A stretch of 64,000 nucleotides of DNA. It comes from the human T2T-CHM13v2.0 reference genome, Homo sapiens. The position numbers and the translations under genes are program-made. Below the pieces are notes generated by a model that was given only the letters and a program-made list of their open reading frames with translations, made no database searches and was not told where the DNA came from. Numbering within the stretch: the first letter of the stretch is position 1; the number at the start of each line of letters is the position of its first letter. Shown here piece after piece: positions 1-23,885 of the stretch. The stretch is taken from NCBI RefSeq assembly GCF_009914755.1, contig NC_060927.1. The stretch is one strand, 5' to 3'.

Positions 1-170
1 GGGTGGGAGGAGAGAGAGTATCAGAAAGAAAAACTAATGAATACTGGACTTAATAACTGGGTGATAGGATGATCTGTGCCGCAAACCATCATGACACACC
101 TTTACCTATATAACAAACCTGCACATCCTGCACATGTATCCTTGAACTTAAAATAAAAGTTGAAAAAAGA
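1..170 (+). mobile_element. L1 3' end (old L1PA/L1PB-type 3' UTR plus A-rich tail), cut by window start
   Basis: Typical L1P 3' terminus 'acctatataacaaacctgcacatcctgcacatgtatccttgaacttaaaataaaa' followed by A-rich tail. Confidence 0.85.
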
Positions 171-199
171 ATAAGGCTTCTATCTTTCACCCACACATC

Positions 200-315
200 A
201 ATCCCAGAAACAAACTCTGAATGGCCCTATTTGGAGCGCATGCCTACTCCTGAAGTAATCCCTGTGATTGGGGGATGTGACACTATAAGTGGCCCAGCCT
301 GAGCCACATCATATG
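200..315. mobile_element. Degenerate MLT1-type (MaLR) LTR fragment
   Basis: Resembles the MLT1 motif 'ctctgattggccc...cacgtgcccactcctgaaccaatcactgtg...ggccaggcctgggtcac'; highly diverged. Confidence 0.4.
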
Positions 316-570
316 TCCTCTTCTTTGGCATCAATGTTAGAAGTCAGGACACCATAACAGAGAGGTCCACCAGTGGCTCATACACTATGACTACTGCTTG
401 GGAGCAGAGAGGGATAAAGGCATAGAAGTGGCAGTAATGGGGATGTGTTGGTGGTGAAAGCAGATTTCACATTTTTTCTCTGTTTATTATTTTAATTTTT
501 AATGAATAACTTGCATTCACACTATATATTTTTGAATAATAGTTTCTCACACCACATAAGAAAACGGGTA

Positions 571-2677
<2,107 letters not shown>

Positions 2678-3564
2678 AAGAAAACATGTACTCTAAAGCC
2701 ACATTCCATACAACTCTATATGCATTCTACTATCTTATCCACTAATATTAATTTCCAATTAAGAATGAACAAAATCTTCCCCAAGCAGCTCTGTGATAAG
2801 TAACTTCCAAGGCAAGTGAGCACGATATTAATCAGAGGAGGCAGGGTGTTGCTGATACGGCAACATAGCAATGCACAAGATTCCAGTCAACACTGCTCAG
2901 AAGATAGACCTAGAGACTATTCTTAGATAATGGGCTCCCGCAGCAAGCTAGCTGATGTTGGAGGGAGGTGTTCTGCATAGCTTCTTATCATAAAATATTC
3001 ATAAACTGTGGTCTTAGAGGGAGGGTACACCTAAAAGACTATTACAAACCCTCACTTCTAAACAAAAAATGGTGGAGAATACAGAGACACATATCTGTGC
3101 TGCTTCAAACACTCTACCACAACTGTTTTTCTTACCAGCTAACTTCTGAGTTGTGCTAAGTAATTCATTATAATAGGAATCTAGATCCTGGGTGTTTTCT
3201 AGTCATTTTTCATTCTAATTATTTCCTGGCAACTATTCATATTCAAAACATGAGTCATGAAACTGCTCTCTGGTAAGAGTTTAGGTTACCAAAGAAACTC
3301 CTCATTGTGCCAGAATATAACTTCAAAATCACATTAAATAGAACCTAGTTGAGCTTTTAAGCAGAAATAGAAAATATCTTCATATTCCATCAGTGTGTTT
3401 CCAGTTCCCTGGAACATCTGATAGTACTAATTGTCACCTTAATGTCCTCCATTCTGGCTCCACAACATTGACACTCTTCTTATTTAACAGATGACCTTCT
3501 AGCCACTGCTACTCTTTCTTCAACTCATTGAAAATAAGTTTTATGAATTGAAATTGAATTGACC

Positions 3565-3755
3565 TTCAATGTGCCAGGAATTATGCTTTACATATTTGAT
3601 TGCATATATGTCACTCAATATACCAGCAATGTAAGGATACCCCCATTTTACAGATTAGAAGGTTGAGGAATTTCCTTAAGGTTATATATCTGGAGTGGGG
3701 TGGAGTCCAGATTCAAACTAGATCTCCTGGTTCTTCACTTCAGTCTGTATACCAT
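3565..3755 (-). mobile_element. MIR SINE
   Basis: 'cccccattttacagattagaaggttgagg...cagattcaaactagatc' matches the reverse-complement MIR core. Confidence 0.65.
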
Positions 3756-3814
3756 GAATCTCTTTCTTGTCTACTTCTTTTAGCTCTTGACCTCTTCTTT
3801 TTTATCATTTGCTC

Positions 3815-3950
3815 ATTTTGCGTTCATTCATTCAATGAATATTTAATGAGCATCTACTATATGCCAATCCCTGAAGATAAATAGTAAACACCATGACTGG
3901 TGAACTCTGTGGGGTGAATCAAAGGATAAGTCTCTCCTTCTTATAGCTAA
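3815..3950 (-). mobile_element. L2 3' end fragment
   Basis: 'ttcattcattcaatgaatatttaatgagcatctactatatgcca' is the reverse complement of the L2 3' tail. Confidence 0.6.
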
Positions 3951-4552
3951 TTACGTTCCCTGAAGTGCCTCTGATGGGCTGACACTACAAGAAAGCATTA
4001 GCCAACTTGTTCCAATAAATATTAATACTAGTGCTACAACAGGAATTCTGTGGTCAAATAAGTTTGAGGGAAACTGTGCTCTATAATTGCCTCTCAGAAA
4101 TTTATAGCATGCATTGGCATTAAAAATTCTAGGAAATGCTTCACGGGAGCTGGGGATCACGGCTATAAACTACGCCTTAAGTTAGAGCTGGAGCCTGACC
4201 CTGTGTAGATAGAGCAGTTCTGGACCCTGACCCATAGCAAGACTCCTTTCCTAGCTGTGGACAGATGGACTATGGGTGCTGTAAACACCTGACTGATAGG
4301 TGGACCTATTGGCACCTCCATTTGCTGATGGATGTGCCATTTCTATGGCCAATGATGTGCTATGGGTTTCCTTATTATTTTGATCTGCAAGTCTCTTAAT
4401 TTTGATTTTCCTCTTATTTTTGAACATAGCTGTTTATTTCCCTCCTTAAAAAAATTCAGGCGTACAGAATTAGATTAACCACAGTGCTTGGTTCATGACA
4501 CACTTTCCTCCTTAGCTCACTTATGTTTATATATGTATGTACATATTTTTTA

Positions 4553-4581
4553 TGCGTGTGTGTGTGTGTGTGTGTGTGTGT
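4553..4581. repeat. (TG)n microsatellite followed by CT-rich low complexity
   Basis: About 14 TG units read directly. Confidence 0.95.
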
Positions 4582-4779
4582 ATTTATGTATTTCGTCTTT
4601 TCTTTCTTTCCCTTCCTATCCCTTTCCCTTTTTTCTCTCTGTCTTCTTTCCTTCCTTCTTTTCCTCTCACCACAAAGCTGTGTTTCACAATAATGTACAT
4701 CTAGCAATATTGTTTTCCTCACAATACATCCCCTTTCCTCCACTCATATTTCTGAATCCTGTAGTCATCATTCCTTTCC

Positions 4780-5330
4780 TTTTTATATATAATTTTAATG
4801 GGTATATACATATCTTATAAAGCATATTTTTAATTATTTTTTACATCCCCTACAATTTTATTAGTGTGTATAATCCTTTGGGACTAAATTTTTCACTTTC
4901 TACTAAATATGCAAGATCCACCTTTATCATTTTGGGTCACTGTAGTTCATTTGTTTGGACCACTGTATAATAATCCATTTTGTAAATATACCATTGTTTA
5001 TTCATCCACTCTTTTATTGATGAAATATGAGTTGCTTCTAAGATTTTGCTACTGAGAACTATGAACAGTGTTTCTATAAAATTATTCTGTTATACATCTG
5101 CCAAAGTTGCTCGTACATGTTTAAGAATAGAATCAGTGGGTTATAGGGAATATGAATGTTCAACTTTGGGGGTAATGCCAAAATGATTTGCACCAAATTA
5201 AAATTTGATTGCACCAAATTACACTCACACAGGCAATGTGTAAAGAAATCCTGTGGCTCCACATTCTCTCTTACATTTGGTAATGTCAAACTTAGTTTTC
5301 TGTCAATTCAGTAAGTACGTCTTTTAGCCT
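4780..5330 (-). mobile_element. Ancient L1M (L1ME-like) 3' fragment
   Basis: 'tagttcatttgtt...gtataataatccatt...ttattcatccactc...gattttgcta' pattern; minus ORF 5074-5289 is a decayed ORF2 C-terminus. Confidence 0.6.
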
Positions 5331-5366
5331 AAAAATATTTTTTAGTCATTCTAGTGTTTGAAATAG

Positions 5367-5690
<324 letters not shown>

Positions 5691-5997
5691 TAATTCTTTC
5701 ATTTTGACCTAAAAGTCACTGACTTAAAACAATGCAGACTAAAGAGCATAGTAATGGGAGATGGACATGGCAGAAGGAAGTGAAATGTAGTGTAGAAAGA
5801 CTGTCTATTAAAAAAAAAAAGCACCATCAGAAGCCAAATGCACATTCCTGCATGAATTCAGACGTGTCTCACTTTCACTTTCTTTCTTTTCTGGAATCAC
5901 CTCATTGAATAAATAGACCTTGTGCTTTACTCCCTCTCAGGTCCCAAAACCTCCACAACCTTTCACTGTGTGTGAATCTTGTTGCCATGTAGCATGG

Positions 5998-8585
5998 TAC
6001 ATTAGTCAACTTGGGCTGCCATAACAAAATACCACAGACTGAGTACTTAAAGAACAGAAATTCATCTCCCAAGTTTTGGAGACTGGGAAGTCCAAGGCCA
6101 AAGTGCTGGTAAATTTGGTTTCTGGTGAAGTCTCCCTTCCGAGCTTGTTGACAGATAGCTCTTGTGGCCATGTTGTCACATGACTTTTCATCAGTGCACG
6201 TGTGTGGACAAAGCGAGCTCTCTATTGTCTCTTTTTATAAGAACACTGATTTTACTGGATCAGGGCCCCACCTTTATGACCTCATTGAATCTTAATTACT
6301 TCCTTAGAGATTCCTTCTCCAAATACAGCCACCCTAGGGTTTACGGCTTTAACATAGGAATTTTGGAAGGTCACAAAATTTCAATCCATAAGATTCCACT
6401 CCCACTATCCCAAAATGTATGTCCTTCTTTCATGAAAGATACATTAATTGTATCCCAACAGCCCCCAAAGTCGTTACTCACTCTAGCATCAATTTTAAAG
6501 TCTAAGGTCACATCTAAATTTCAAAATCAGATGTGGGTGAGACCTGAGGCATTATTCACCTTGAGGCAAAATTGCTGTCTAGCTGTGAAACTGTGAAACC
6601 AGACAAGATATGTGCTTCCAAAACACAATGATGAGAGAGGCATACAATAAACATCCCTACTCCAAAAGGAGAAATAGGAAAGAAGAAAGGAGTGCCAGGT
6701 GTCAAGCAAGTCCAAAACCCAGTAAAGCAAATTCCAAGAGATCTTAAGATCTGAGAATAATTTTTGGTTCAGTGCTCTACCCTCCAGCCCCACTGGGGTG
6801 GCAACATCACTCCTACAGCTCTGTGGGGCAGCTCTACCTATTCATCTCCATAGGGCTTCCCTGCGCATGAAGCACTGGGTTGTGGCAGCCTGGCCTGCTG
6901 AAACTGAGGAGGTCACAACTTCTGTAAGCTTTGAGACACAGGAGAAAAGAGCCTTGCCCCTGGGCCTGTGATGACTGGCAGCCCTGATGATCTCTGGATT
7001 ATAGGATCATCCTCTTTTTTTGAAGAATAAAACACATTCTTAGTCAAATAGTTTTATTGTTCCATCCTGTTTCCTTTGTTCCAAACTGTCACTGTTTTTG
7101 CTGGTGTAATCTCATCTTTATTCCTGGTTCCTGCTGAGATGGCTGGTTAAATCTGTTGTTCACACTCATACCAATCTCCTTATCAAATAGTTGTTGATCC
7201 ACAGCCTTAGAGTTTTCTTCAGAACATGCTTTTTCATTTTTGCAATATTGATGAGCTGAGAAATTTTCAAAACTTCAAATTCTGGTTCCGTTTTTTCCTT
7301 AACAATTCCTTCAATTTATCTCTCTTCTCTCTCATTTTATTATAAGTGGTAAGGAGAAATCAAGTTGCTCCTTCAACAGTTAGCTTAAAAATCTCCTTAG
7401 CCAAATACCAATTTCATCACTTACGAGTTTTACTTTCTTCCAAACATTAGAACAGAATGCAGCCAAGTTCTCTGCCACTTTATAATAAGGATCACCTTTC
7501 CTCCAGTTTCCAGTAACTTATTCCTCATCTCTTTCTGAAGCCTTGCCAAAATGGCCTTTAATATCCATATTTCTACAAACATTCTGTTCGTGGTGATATA
7601 TATGATCTCTAAGATGACAGAAGCTTTCTTTGTAACTCTCTTTTTTTTCCCTGAGCCCTCACCAGAGTTGCCTTTAATATTCATGATATGGTTTGGCTCT
7701 GTGTCCCTGTCCAAATCTCATCTGGAGTTGTAATCCCCATGTGTCAGCGGATGGACCTGGTGGGAGGTGATTGGATCATGGGGGTGGTTTCCCCCATGCT
7801 GCTCTCATGATAGTGAGGGAGTTCTCACCAGAGCTGATGGTTTTAAGTGTGGCATTTCCTCTCTCTTTCCTGCCACCACGTAAGATGTGCCTTGCTTCCC
7901 CTTCACTTTCCACCATGATTGTAAGTTTCCTGAGGCCTTCCAAGCCATGCAGAACTGTGAGTCAATTAAACCTCTTTCCTTTCCTTTATAAATTACCCAG
8001 TCTCAGGTAGTATCTTTATAGTAGTGTGAAAATGGACTAATACAATCCATATTTCTATCACTACTTAATTCTAGGCAACGTAAGCTTTTTCTACCATATG
8101 TTTCTAAATTTATCCCTTCTCTATCTATTACCCAGTTCCAAAGCCTCTTTCATGTGTTTAGTTATTTGTTACAGCAGCACCCTACTTCTTGGTACCAAAA
8201 TCTGTATTAGTCAGCCTTGACTGCCATAACAAAATACCAGACTGGGTGGCTTTAACAACAACAATTTATTTTCTCACAGTCCTGGGAACTAGAAGTTCCA
8301 GATCAAGATTTGGCAGGGTTGGTTTTTTTGTGAGGGCTCTATTCTTGGCTTGCAGACAGCCACCTTCTTGCTATGTCCTTACATGACCTGTCCTTGGTGT
8401 GTGCACATGAAGAGAGACAGTAATCAAACTCTCTGGTGTCTCTTATTATAAGTCCCTATTGGATCAGGGACTTACCCTTATGACCTACTGCAACCTTAAT
8501 TACTTCTACTCCAAATACAGCCAGCCTGGAGTTTATTGCTTCAACCTGTGAATTCTAGGGGACACAAAAAATTCAGTCTATAATA
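5998..8585 (-). mobile_element. Complete MLT1A-type MaLR provirus (LTR-internal-LTR)
   Basis: Homologous LTRs at 5998-6393 and 8203-8585; 'ggtaccaaaatc' (rc gattttggtacc, MaLR internal start) abuts the right LTR; purine tract on the minus strand abuts the left LTR; 5-bp TSD catgg at 5993-5997 and 8586-8590. Confidence 0.85.
7684..8044 (+). mobile_element. MSTA/THE1D-type solo LTR nested in the MLT1A internal region
   Basis: Starts tgatatggtttggctctgtgtccc, ends aatggactaataca; TSD attca/atcca. Confidence 0.9.
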
Positions 8586-9049
8586 CATGGTTATACTGGA
8601 GTTAGCCATTGGTATAAAGCTGGTGCTTTGTTCTCAAACCTTAGCCTTCTAAGCACTCTTGATGTTTGTTGCTGCCTGATTTGATTTATAATATTAGTTC
8701 TGATTAGTTCATCATCAGTTCCTAAGTATTCTGACTAAATTCTGAATTCTCTAAATTCTGTGATGGGCAAAGTTTGGGTTATAATTGCACAGACTACAAT
8801 GCCAGCTTCCTGCAGGCATGGATTACCAAGTATTAGGAGAGTAGCATGTAATTCAGGTAATTATGTTCTTTACAGAGTATAAGCATACTCTTTAAAATAT
8901 AACACGTATTTTTTCTTAATCATAAATGTAATGGATGTTTATTATAGAAAATTTATGGAAGCAAAATGAAGAAAATTAAAATCATCCAAATGTAATCATC
9001 CAGGGTTTAGTTACTTTTAATATTTTGATGTAGATCATCCCCATCCATT

Positions 9050-9440
9050 ATATATACATATGTAGGTACTGCTACACAGTGTTTTTTTAAACTAAAAAGG
9101 ACCTAGATATTCTTCTCTGTGGGATTCCATAGTTTAATTGATCAGTAACTATGCTATTTTCTTTCTTTCTTGTTATTATAAAATGTACCATAATGAGTAT
9201 TTCTGTAGGAAAATATTTGTGCATCCATAATTTTTTTTAAAATAAATTCCTAGGAGTAGAATTATTTGGTTAAAAGTTTTTAAAGCTTTTGATACATATT
9301 TCCAAAAAGCCCTTGTGGAAGCTGCATTAACTCTCCTGCCAACGTTGTAAAAGAATGGCTGCTTCTTTTCATCAGCACCCTCTATGAGTACTGGCATTAG
9401 AAAACAGTGTTACTGAATTGTTATGTGAAAATGGGTATGT
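9050..9440 (-). mobile_element. Ancient L1M fragment
   Basis: 'aaattcctaggagtagaattatttggttaaaag...ttttgatacatatttccaaaaagcc' matches L1ME reverse pattern. Confidence 0.55.
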
Positions 9441-9464
9441 GGTTTTTTTTTTATTAGCATATGT

Positions 9465-9605
9465 TTTCCTCCCTTTCCTTCTTCCTTTTCTTCTTCCATT
9501 ATTTTCCTCCCTTCCTTCATTTTCTTCTTTCCTCTTTTTTCCTTCCTTCCTTCCTTCCTCTTTCTGTCTTCTTTTCCTCATTGTCTCCGTTTATTTTTTC
9601 CTTCC
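9465..9605. repeat. CT-rich low-complexity / (TTCC)n-like tract
   Basis: Pyrimidine-only runs read directly. Confidence 0.85.
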
Positions 9606-10751
9606 AAGTTAAACATTCTTATCTGTGGAACCAACTTATTGATCAAATGTCCCCAATAGGGTATAAGCAATTTTATTCATTTCTCTATTGTCCATTTAAA
9701 CCACTTTGCAAACCCATTCTTCCTTGAAAGACTCTTCTGGAAGGTTCAATAACTTTTAAAAATCGTCCTTCTGCCACTTCCAGTTCCAAAAACAGCTTCA
9801 TATCACAAATTAAAATATCCAGTTCTGTGTCATATTGTATAACTCTATAGTACTTTCTACTCTAAAACTTCATCTTCCCCCATTTTAGAATTGCTCCAGG
9901 CTGGGAAATCTGCAATGGGGAGAAGGCATGGCTAGTTTCCCATTTTGTACAACTTAGTAAATTAGTTAAAAGTTTTTCGTAAAAAGTAATATATCTCTTT
10001 TTTACTTTATAACTTAGTGAAAGGTAGTTTCCCCCAAACTCAGTATTTTCCCCAACTCCAGAAGAGCCAGACATGACCATCGTGAAAATTCTTTCCTAGG
10101 ATTCTCACCCTGTTGGGCTCTCATGAGGTGGACAGTGCCTCTATTGGCTGGCCTATTATATACCCCACCCTCTCTGTGCATGCAAACCTTTTCCTCCTGA
10201 GGTTATCCAGGCTCTGTCAAGAAGCTTGCTATGATGTTGTCTTTTAAAAAACTTTTCTTGCTCCTTCCCTTGGACTTGTAAACCTACGGGCAAACCCTAC
10301 CATTCCTGGAAGAGACCAGCTCCTGATATAACTCTTCTTACTCTGTGGGTTCAGACATAGCCAACCACATTTAGTCTTCTCAGACAACATAAAATTCAAT
10401 CACTATTCTTCAGACTCAGGAAACTACAGATCATGCTCTCTGAGAGATTCCTTCTTCAGTGACTGGAGGTGAGGAGGAAGTGTTGAAAAAAGCAGGGGAG
10501 GGGGAGGAAGCACAACACACTGGTGACTTTTCTTCAAGTGGTTTCTTCAGCTTCCACTCTCTTTTAGGCTGGGGATGGATAATTACCTGAGCTGGCAGAA
10601 TAGTTTTCACAGTCGCTCAGCATGTCTGGAACATGAGGATCCTTGGCACTTACTATTTTTCCTCATTCAGTTTTAACATCCTGTTGCATAAGTATCTTTT
10701 TAACCATTTGGATTTTGTTGTTGTTGATTGCTTACTTAAAAAATTCTTAGC

Positions 10752-11063
<312 letters not shown>

Positions 11064-11650
11064 CTATAGTTTTTTCCCTTTCTGATTTTTAAGAGTTCTT
11101 ATAGAAGAGCTATTATCTACATGTGGCAAATAGATAATATATGATCGTACATAGTGCAAATAAAGGAAAAATTTGCTATTTTGCTATTTTTGATTATTGG
11201 TTTTGCAAAACAAATTTAAGGTGGATGCCATTTAGAGCAAACTAGAAAGAAATTTAAGCAACAGGTCTTTCTTATTATCAACTGAAAGTATCAGCATATA
11301 TTAATCCTACTGTAATTTTTCTTATTCTTCTTTAAAAAGTATTTTTTGCTTTCTCTCATGTAGATATTAAGTATCAAAAATTTGTCTAAAGTCATCTCAG
11401 GTTGACAGCTTTCTTCACTGTCAGCATTAATCTCCATGTACTGGCTTCTAGTTGCTGTTATATAGAAGCCTTATTTTTAGTCTTCTTAAACTAATCTGAG
11501 GGATTTACATTTCCTGTGCATTCTTTGCACACAGGGGAACTACTTTCTCCATGAGAAGTTTTCCTATGCTCCAAGTGACCACTCTCAATCAGAAAAAAAG
11601 ATTTCTGTATTTGGGACATTCATACGTGTGTGCATAGTAGCAGAAAGGAC

Positions 11651-15527
<3,877 letters not shown>

Positions 15528-15528
15528 C

Positions 15529-19390
<3,862 letters not shown>

Positions 19391-22000
19391 AATACTCTTC
19401 CATCCTTTTATTTTGAGCCTATGTGTGTCTTTGCACATGAGATGGGTCTCCTGAATACAGCACACTGATGGGTCTTGACTCTTTATCCAGTTTGCCACTC
19501 TGTGTCTTTTAATTGGGCCATTTAGCCCATTTACATTTATGGTTAACATTGTTATGTATGAATTTGATCCTGTCATTATGATGCTACCTCGTTATTTTGC
19601 CTGTTAGTTGATGCAGTTTCTTCATAGTGTCGATGGTCTTTCCATTTTGGTATGTTTTTGCAGTAGCTGATAGTGGTATTTTCTTTCCATATTTAGTGTT
19701 TCCTTCAGGAGCTCTTGTAATGCAGGCCTGGTGGTGACAAATTCTCTCAGCATTTGCTTGTCTGTAAAGGATTTTATTTCTCCTTTGCTTATGAAGCTTA
19801 GTTTGGCTGGATATGAAATTCTGGGTTGAATTTTTTTTTTAAGAACGTTGATAATTGGCCCGCACTCTCTTCTGGCTTGTAGGGTTTCTGCAGAGAGATC
19901 CACTGTCAGTCTGATGGGCTTCCCTTTGTGGGTAACCCGACCTTTCTCTCTGGCTGCGCTTAACATTTTTTCCTTTATTTCAGCCTTGGTGAATCTGACA
20001 GTTATTTGTCTTGGAGTTGCTCTTTTCGAGGATTATCTTTGTGGTATTCTCTGTATTTCCTGAATTTGAATGTTGGCCTGTCTTGCTAGGTTGGGCAAGT
20101 TCTGCTGGATAATATCTTGTTTTCCAACTTGGTTCCATTCTCCCTGTCACTTTCAGGTGCACCAATCAAACATAGGTTTGGTTGGTGTTTTCACATAATC
20201 CCATATTTCTTGGGGGCTTTGTTCATTCCTTTTCATTAGTTTTTTCTCTAATCTTGTCTTCATGTTGTATTTCATTAAGCTGGTATTCAATCACTGATAT
20301 TCTTTCTTCTGCTTGATCAATTTGGCTATTGATACTTGTGTATGCTTCATGACATTGTCATACTGTATTTTTCAGCTCTATCAGGTCATGTATGTTCTTC
20401 TGTAAACTGGCTATTCTAGTTAGCAATTCCTCTAACTTTTTTTTCAAGGTTCTTAGCTTCCTTGCATTGAGTTAGAACATGCTTCTTTAGCTGGGAGGAG
20501 TTTGTTATTACCCACCTTCTGAAGCCTAGTTCTGTCAGTTTGTGAAACTCATTCTCCATCCAGTTTTGTTCCCTTGCTGGTGAGGAGTTGTGATTCTTTG
20601 GAGGAGAAGAGGCATTCTGGTTTTTGGAATTTTCAGCCTTTTTGCACTGGTTTTTCCTCATCTTCTTGGATTTATCTACCTTTGGTTTTTGATGTTTGTG
20701 AACTTTGGATGGGATTTTTGTGTGGACGTCCTTTTTATTGATGTTGATGCTATTCCTTTCTGTTTGTTAGCTTTCCTTCTAACAGTCAGGCCCCTCTGCT
20801 GCAGGTCTGCTGGAACTTCCTGGGGGTCCACTCTAGACCCTGTTTGCCTGGATATCACCAGCAGAGTCTACAGAACAGCAGTTTGTTGCCTGTTCCTTCC
20901 TCTGGAAGCTTCGTCCCCGAGGGGCACCTGTCAGATGTCAGCCAGAGCTCTCCTGTATGAGGTGTCTATTGATCCCTGCTGGGAGGTGTCTACCAGTCAT
21001 GAGGCATGGGGGTCAGGGACCCACTTGAGGAGGCAGTCTGCCCCTTAGCAGAGCTCGAATGCTGTGCTGGGAGATCCACTGTTCTCTTCAGAGCTGGCTG
21101 GCAGGAATGTTTCAATCTGCTGAAGCTGTGCCCACAGCCACCCCTTTCCCCAAGTGCTGTGTCTCAGGGAGATGCGAGTTTTATTTACAAGCCCCTGACT
21201 GGGGCTGCTTTCTTTCTTTCAGAGATGCCCTGCCCAGAGAGGAGCAATCTAGAGAGGCAGTCTGACTACACTGGCTTTGCCTAGCTGCGGTGGTCTCCAC
21301 CCAGTTCAAACTTCCTGGTGGCTTTGTTTATGCTATGAGGGAAAACTGCCTACTCAAGCCTCAGTAATGGCAGACACCCCTCCCTGTACCAAGCTCATGT
21401 GTCCCAGGTTGACGTCAGATTGCTGTGCTGGCAGTGAGAATTTCAAGCCAGTGGATCTTAGCTTGCTGGGCTCCATTGGGGTGGGATCCGCTGAGCTAGA
21501 CCAGTTGGCTCACTGGCTTCAGCCTCCTTTCCAGGGGAGTAAACGATTCTCTCTTCCTGGCATTCCAGGTGCCACTGGGGTCTGAAAAAAACTCCTGCAG
21601 CTAGCTCGGTGTCTGCCCAAATGGCTGCCCAGTTTTGTGCTTGAAACCCAGGGCCCTGGTTGTGTACGCACTTGAATGAATCTCCTGGTCTGTGGGTTGC
21701 AAAGACCATGGGAAAAGCATAGTATTTGGGCTGGAATGCACCATTCCTCATGGCACAGTCTCTCACGGCTTCCCTCGGCTAGGGGAGGGAGTTCCCCAAC
21801 CCCTGCACTTATGGGGTGAGGCAATGCCCCACCTTGCTTCTGCTCACCCTCTGTGGGCTGCACCCGCTGTCTAACCAGTCCCAGTGAGATGAGCTGGGTA
21901 CCTCAGTTGGAAATGTAGAAATTACCCACCTTCTGAATTGATCTCGCTGGGAGCTGTAGACTGAAGCTGTTCTTATTTGGCCATCTTGTCCAGGTCCCCT
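19391..22000 (-). mobile_element. L1PA7-like element, 5' part (ORF2 start, ORF1 remnant, 5' UTR)
   Basis: Minus ORF 19334-19576 starts MTGSNSYITMLTINVNGLNGPIKRHR (ORF2 EN N-terminus); 19622-19966 and 20416-20661 are ORF1 pieces; 5' end rc 'caagatggccaaataagaacagc'. Confidence 0.95.
21367..21585 (+). CDS. L1 ORF0-homologous antisense frame (72 aa) in the L1PA7-like 5' UTR; translation unproven
   Basis: MADTPP...SDCCAGSE...GVG resembles ORF0 (MAGAPPP...SDCCASN...GVGP). Confidence 0.35.
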   Translation: MADTPPCTKLMCPRLTSDCCAGSENFKPVDLSLLGSIGVGSAELDQLAHWLQPPFQGSKRFSLPGIPGATGV

Positions 22001-23719
22001 CAGGATATTAAAAAAAAATGTGGCAATGACTTTATCTACTTATCTCTTTCAAGCTGGAAATTATCTTGTAAGTTAGTTAAATCTACACAGAATGCACTGT
22101 TTTTTAATATCAGACATCCAACAGTTCTTTTGAGCCTACTTCTGGAAGACTTTTAAAATTATGTGTATTTTTTTCTGTTTAAAACATATTTGAATAAAAT
22201 ATATTAAAAATTTATCATAAAATACTTTCTTCCCACTTCTCAAATCCACTCCTGACACTTTTGGAAGCTTCTTTTTGTGTTCATTAAGGCCTCTAGTAAT
22301 TTTCCTCTGACTGGCCTCAGGCCCTTAACATTTGTCTAGCTGTACATATAGAAGCTTATTTATCAGGAGTTTTCAGTTAACTCCCAAAGTTAGTTAAATC
22401 AAATAATTATAAAAATGATGCATGTATATGTTGTATATTTTGCATAACTCAAAACACAAACATGTGCATTCTTTACTAAATTTTTCATGTAGGACCAAGG
22501 CCCTTTCTCTGAGTAGATGTCACTGACTGAAGGTCTACATGGTCTTCTTGCATATATGACTCCCATTGTGCATAATTTACAATTTACAGTTTCAGTTTCA
22601 TTAAGTGGAGGTAACATTTGAAGAGACTTAGGAAGCAATATGAGTGTAGAATTATTCTATATTGATATGTAGTTTTCCAGCATTTTATGCTTTTTTTCCC
22701 ACTCTCATTTTATGCTATTTTTTTCAAAGTATTAATAACTGTTTTGTGAAGAGCCCAACTTTGTTTTTATGACAGCTTCATCCTTTGACCTTTCATCATT
22801 GCCTTGGTTTGGTTCAAAGACAAGCTTCAATTTCATCATCAATTTTCCCTAGCACGTAGCATAGCATAGCCCCTGGAACATGGGAGATTCCTGATGTATA
22901 TTTAACAAAGGATAGATTAAGGAAAACAAAGGAAAGAAGAAGAATTTGATAACACAGAATATTTTTCTGTTATGTGCCAGGCCCTGTGTTTCCGTTAACT
23001 GGAAAACTGTATTTAACACAGGGTCTAGCACGTAACAGAAAAATCACAGTTCGTCAGTTAGTCAGAAGTTCATGATAGACAGTCTGTGTTAAGAGGTCTG
23101 GCCTGAATCCAGGGTAGAGTGACCCAACTGGGGCTTGACATCAGAACCTGGAGAGAATTTCACTAGAAGTTAAGAGATGTGGAAGGAACTTTCCAAGAGC
23201 TTTTCTTGAACAATGCAGACCTCCTCCTGCTATTCATCATGCATTCCTCCTAGGAATAAAGGAGAGGAAGAGAGAAGACATATAGATAAGGTCCGATCGC
23301 AACCTTGGAAACAGACCTTGTTTCCATGTTTCCTCATTTCAGCTTTATATCCATGATCTGGAATGTTTTTTAGAACTGCAGCTCACTTAGACTTTTTTTT
23401 TCTCAACATTTATCTTGATTCCCTGTGCCGCCAATCACAGAGCTAGACACATGGCAGGTCCTTACTGACTGACCAGGAGGTAAGGACTGACCTTTGCTTG
23501 GCGGCAGGGTAGAAAAAAAGAACACCGATAGATTAGCAAAGAAAGTGGATGACAAAGACCTTGAAACATCCAGACAGAAAAAAAATTGAAGCCAAATCAC
23601 TGAGAGAAGGCTCTGAGGATAGCATTCACATTTTTCCTCTCAAGTTTTATGCAACCAGGAAGAAGCTATTACATTCTGCAAGGTTTACGTAATATTTCTG
23701 TAAATTAGTTCAGTGAAGA

Positions 23720-23885
23720 TAGCATGGAATAGTAATTAAGAGTCAGAACATTGACATCTGACAGATAGCATCCCAGCTCTGGCTCTGAGAAGTCTTAGTT
23801 TGTTTGTAAATTGGCTGTAATTATAGTGACCAACTCACAGCATTGTGGTAAGGACTAAATGAATGCTTAGTAGAGTTTCCGGATC
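23720..23885 (+). mobile_element. MIR SINE
   Basis: 'agcatggaatagtaattaagag...cccagctctg...aactcacagcattgtggtaaggactaaatga'. Confidence 0.55.

Noticed and set aside
4456-4820. ORFs over microsatellite and low-complexity DNA (also 9372-9727, 27121-27632, 27838-28035)
   Set aside because: Compositional artefacts of TG/CA/CT/GA repeats; no domain similarity.
9700-10700. Possible old L1M/HAL1 5' region or unique sequence
   Set aside because: Too diverged to assign by eye.
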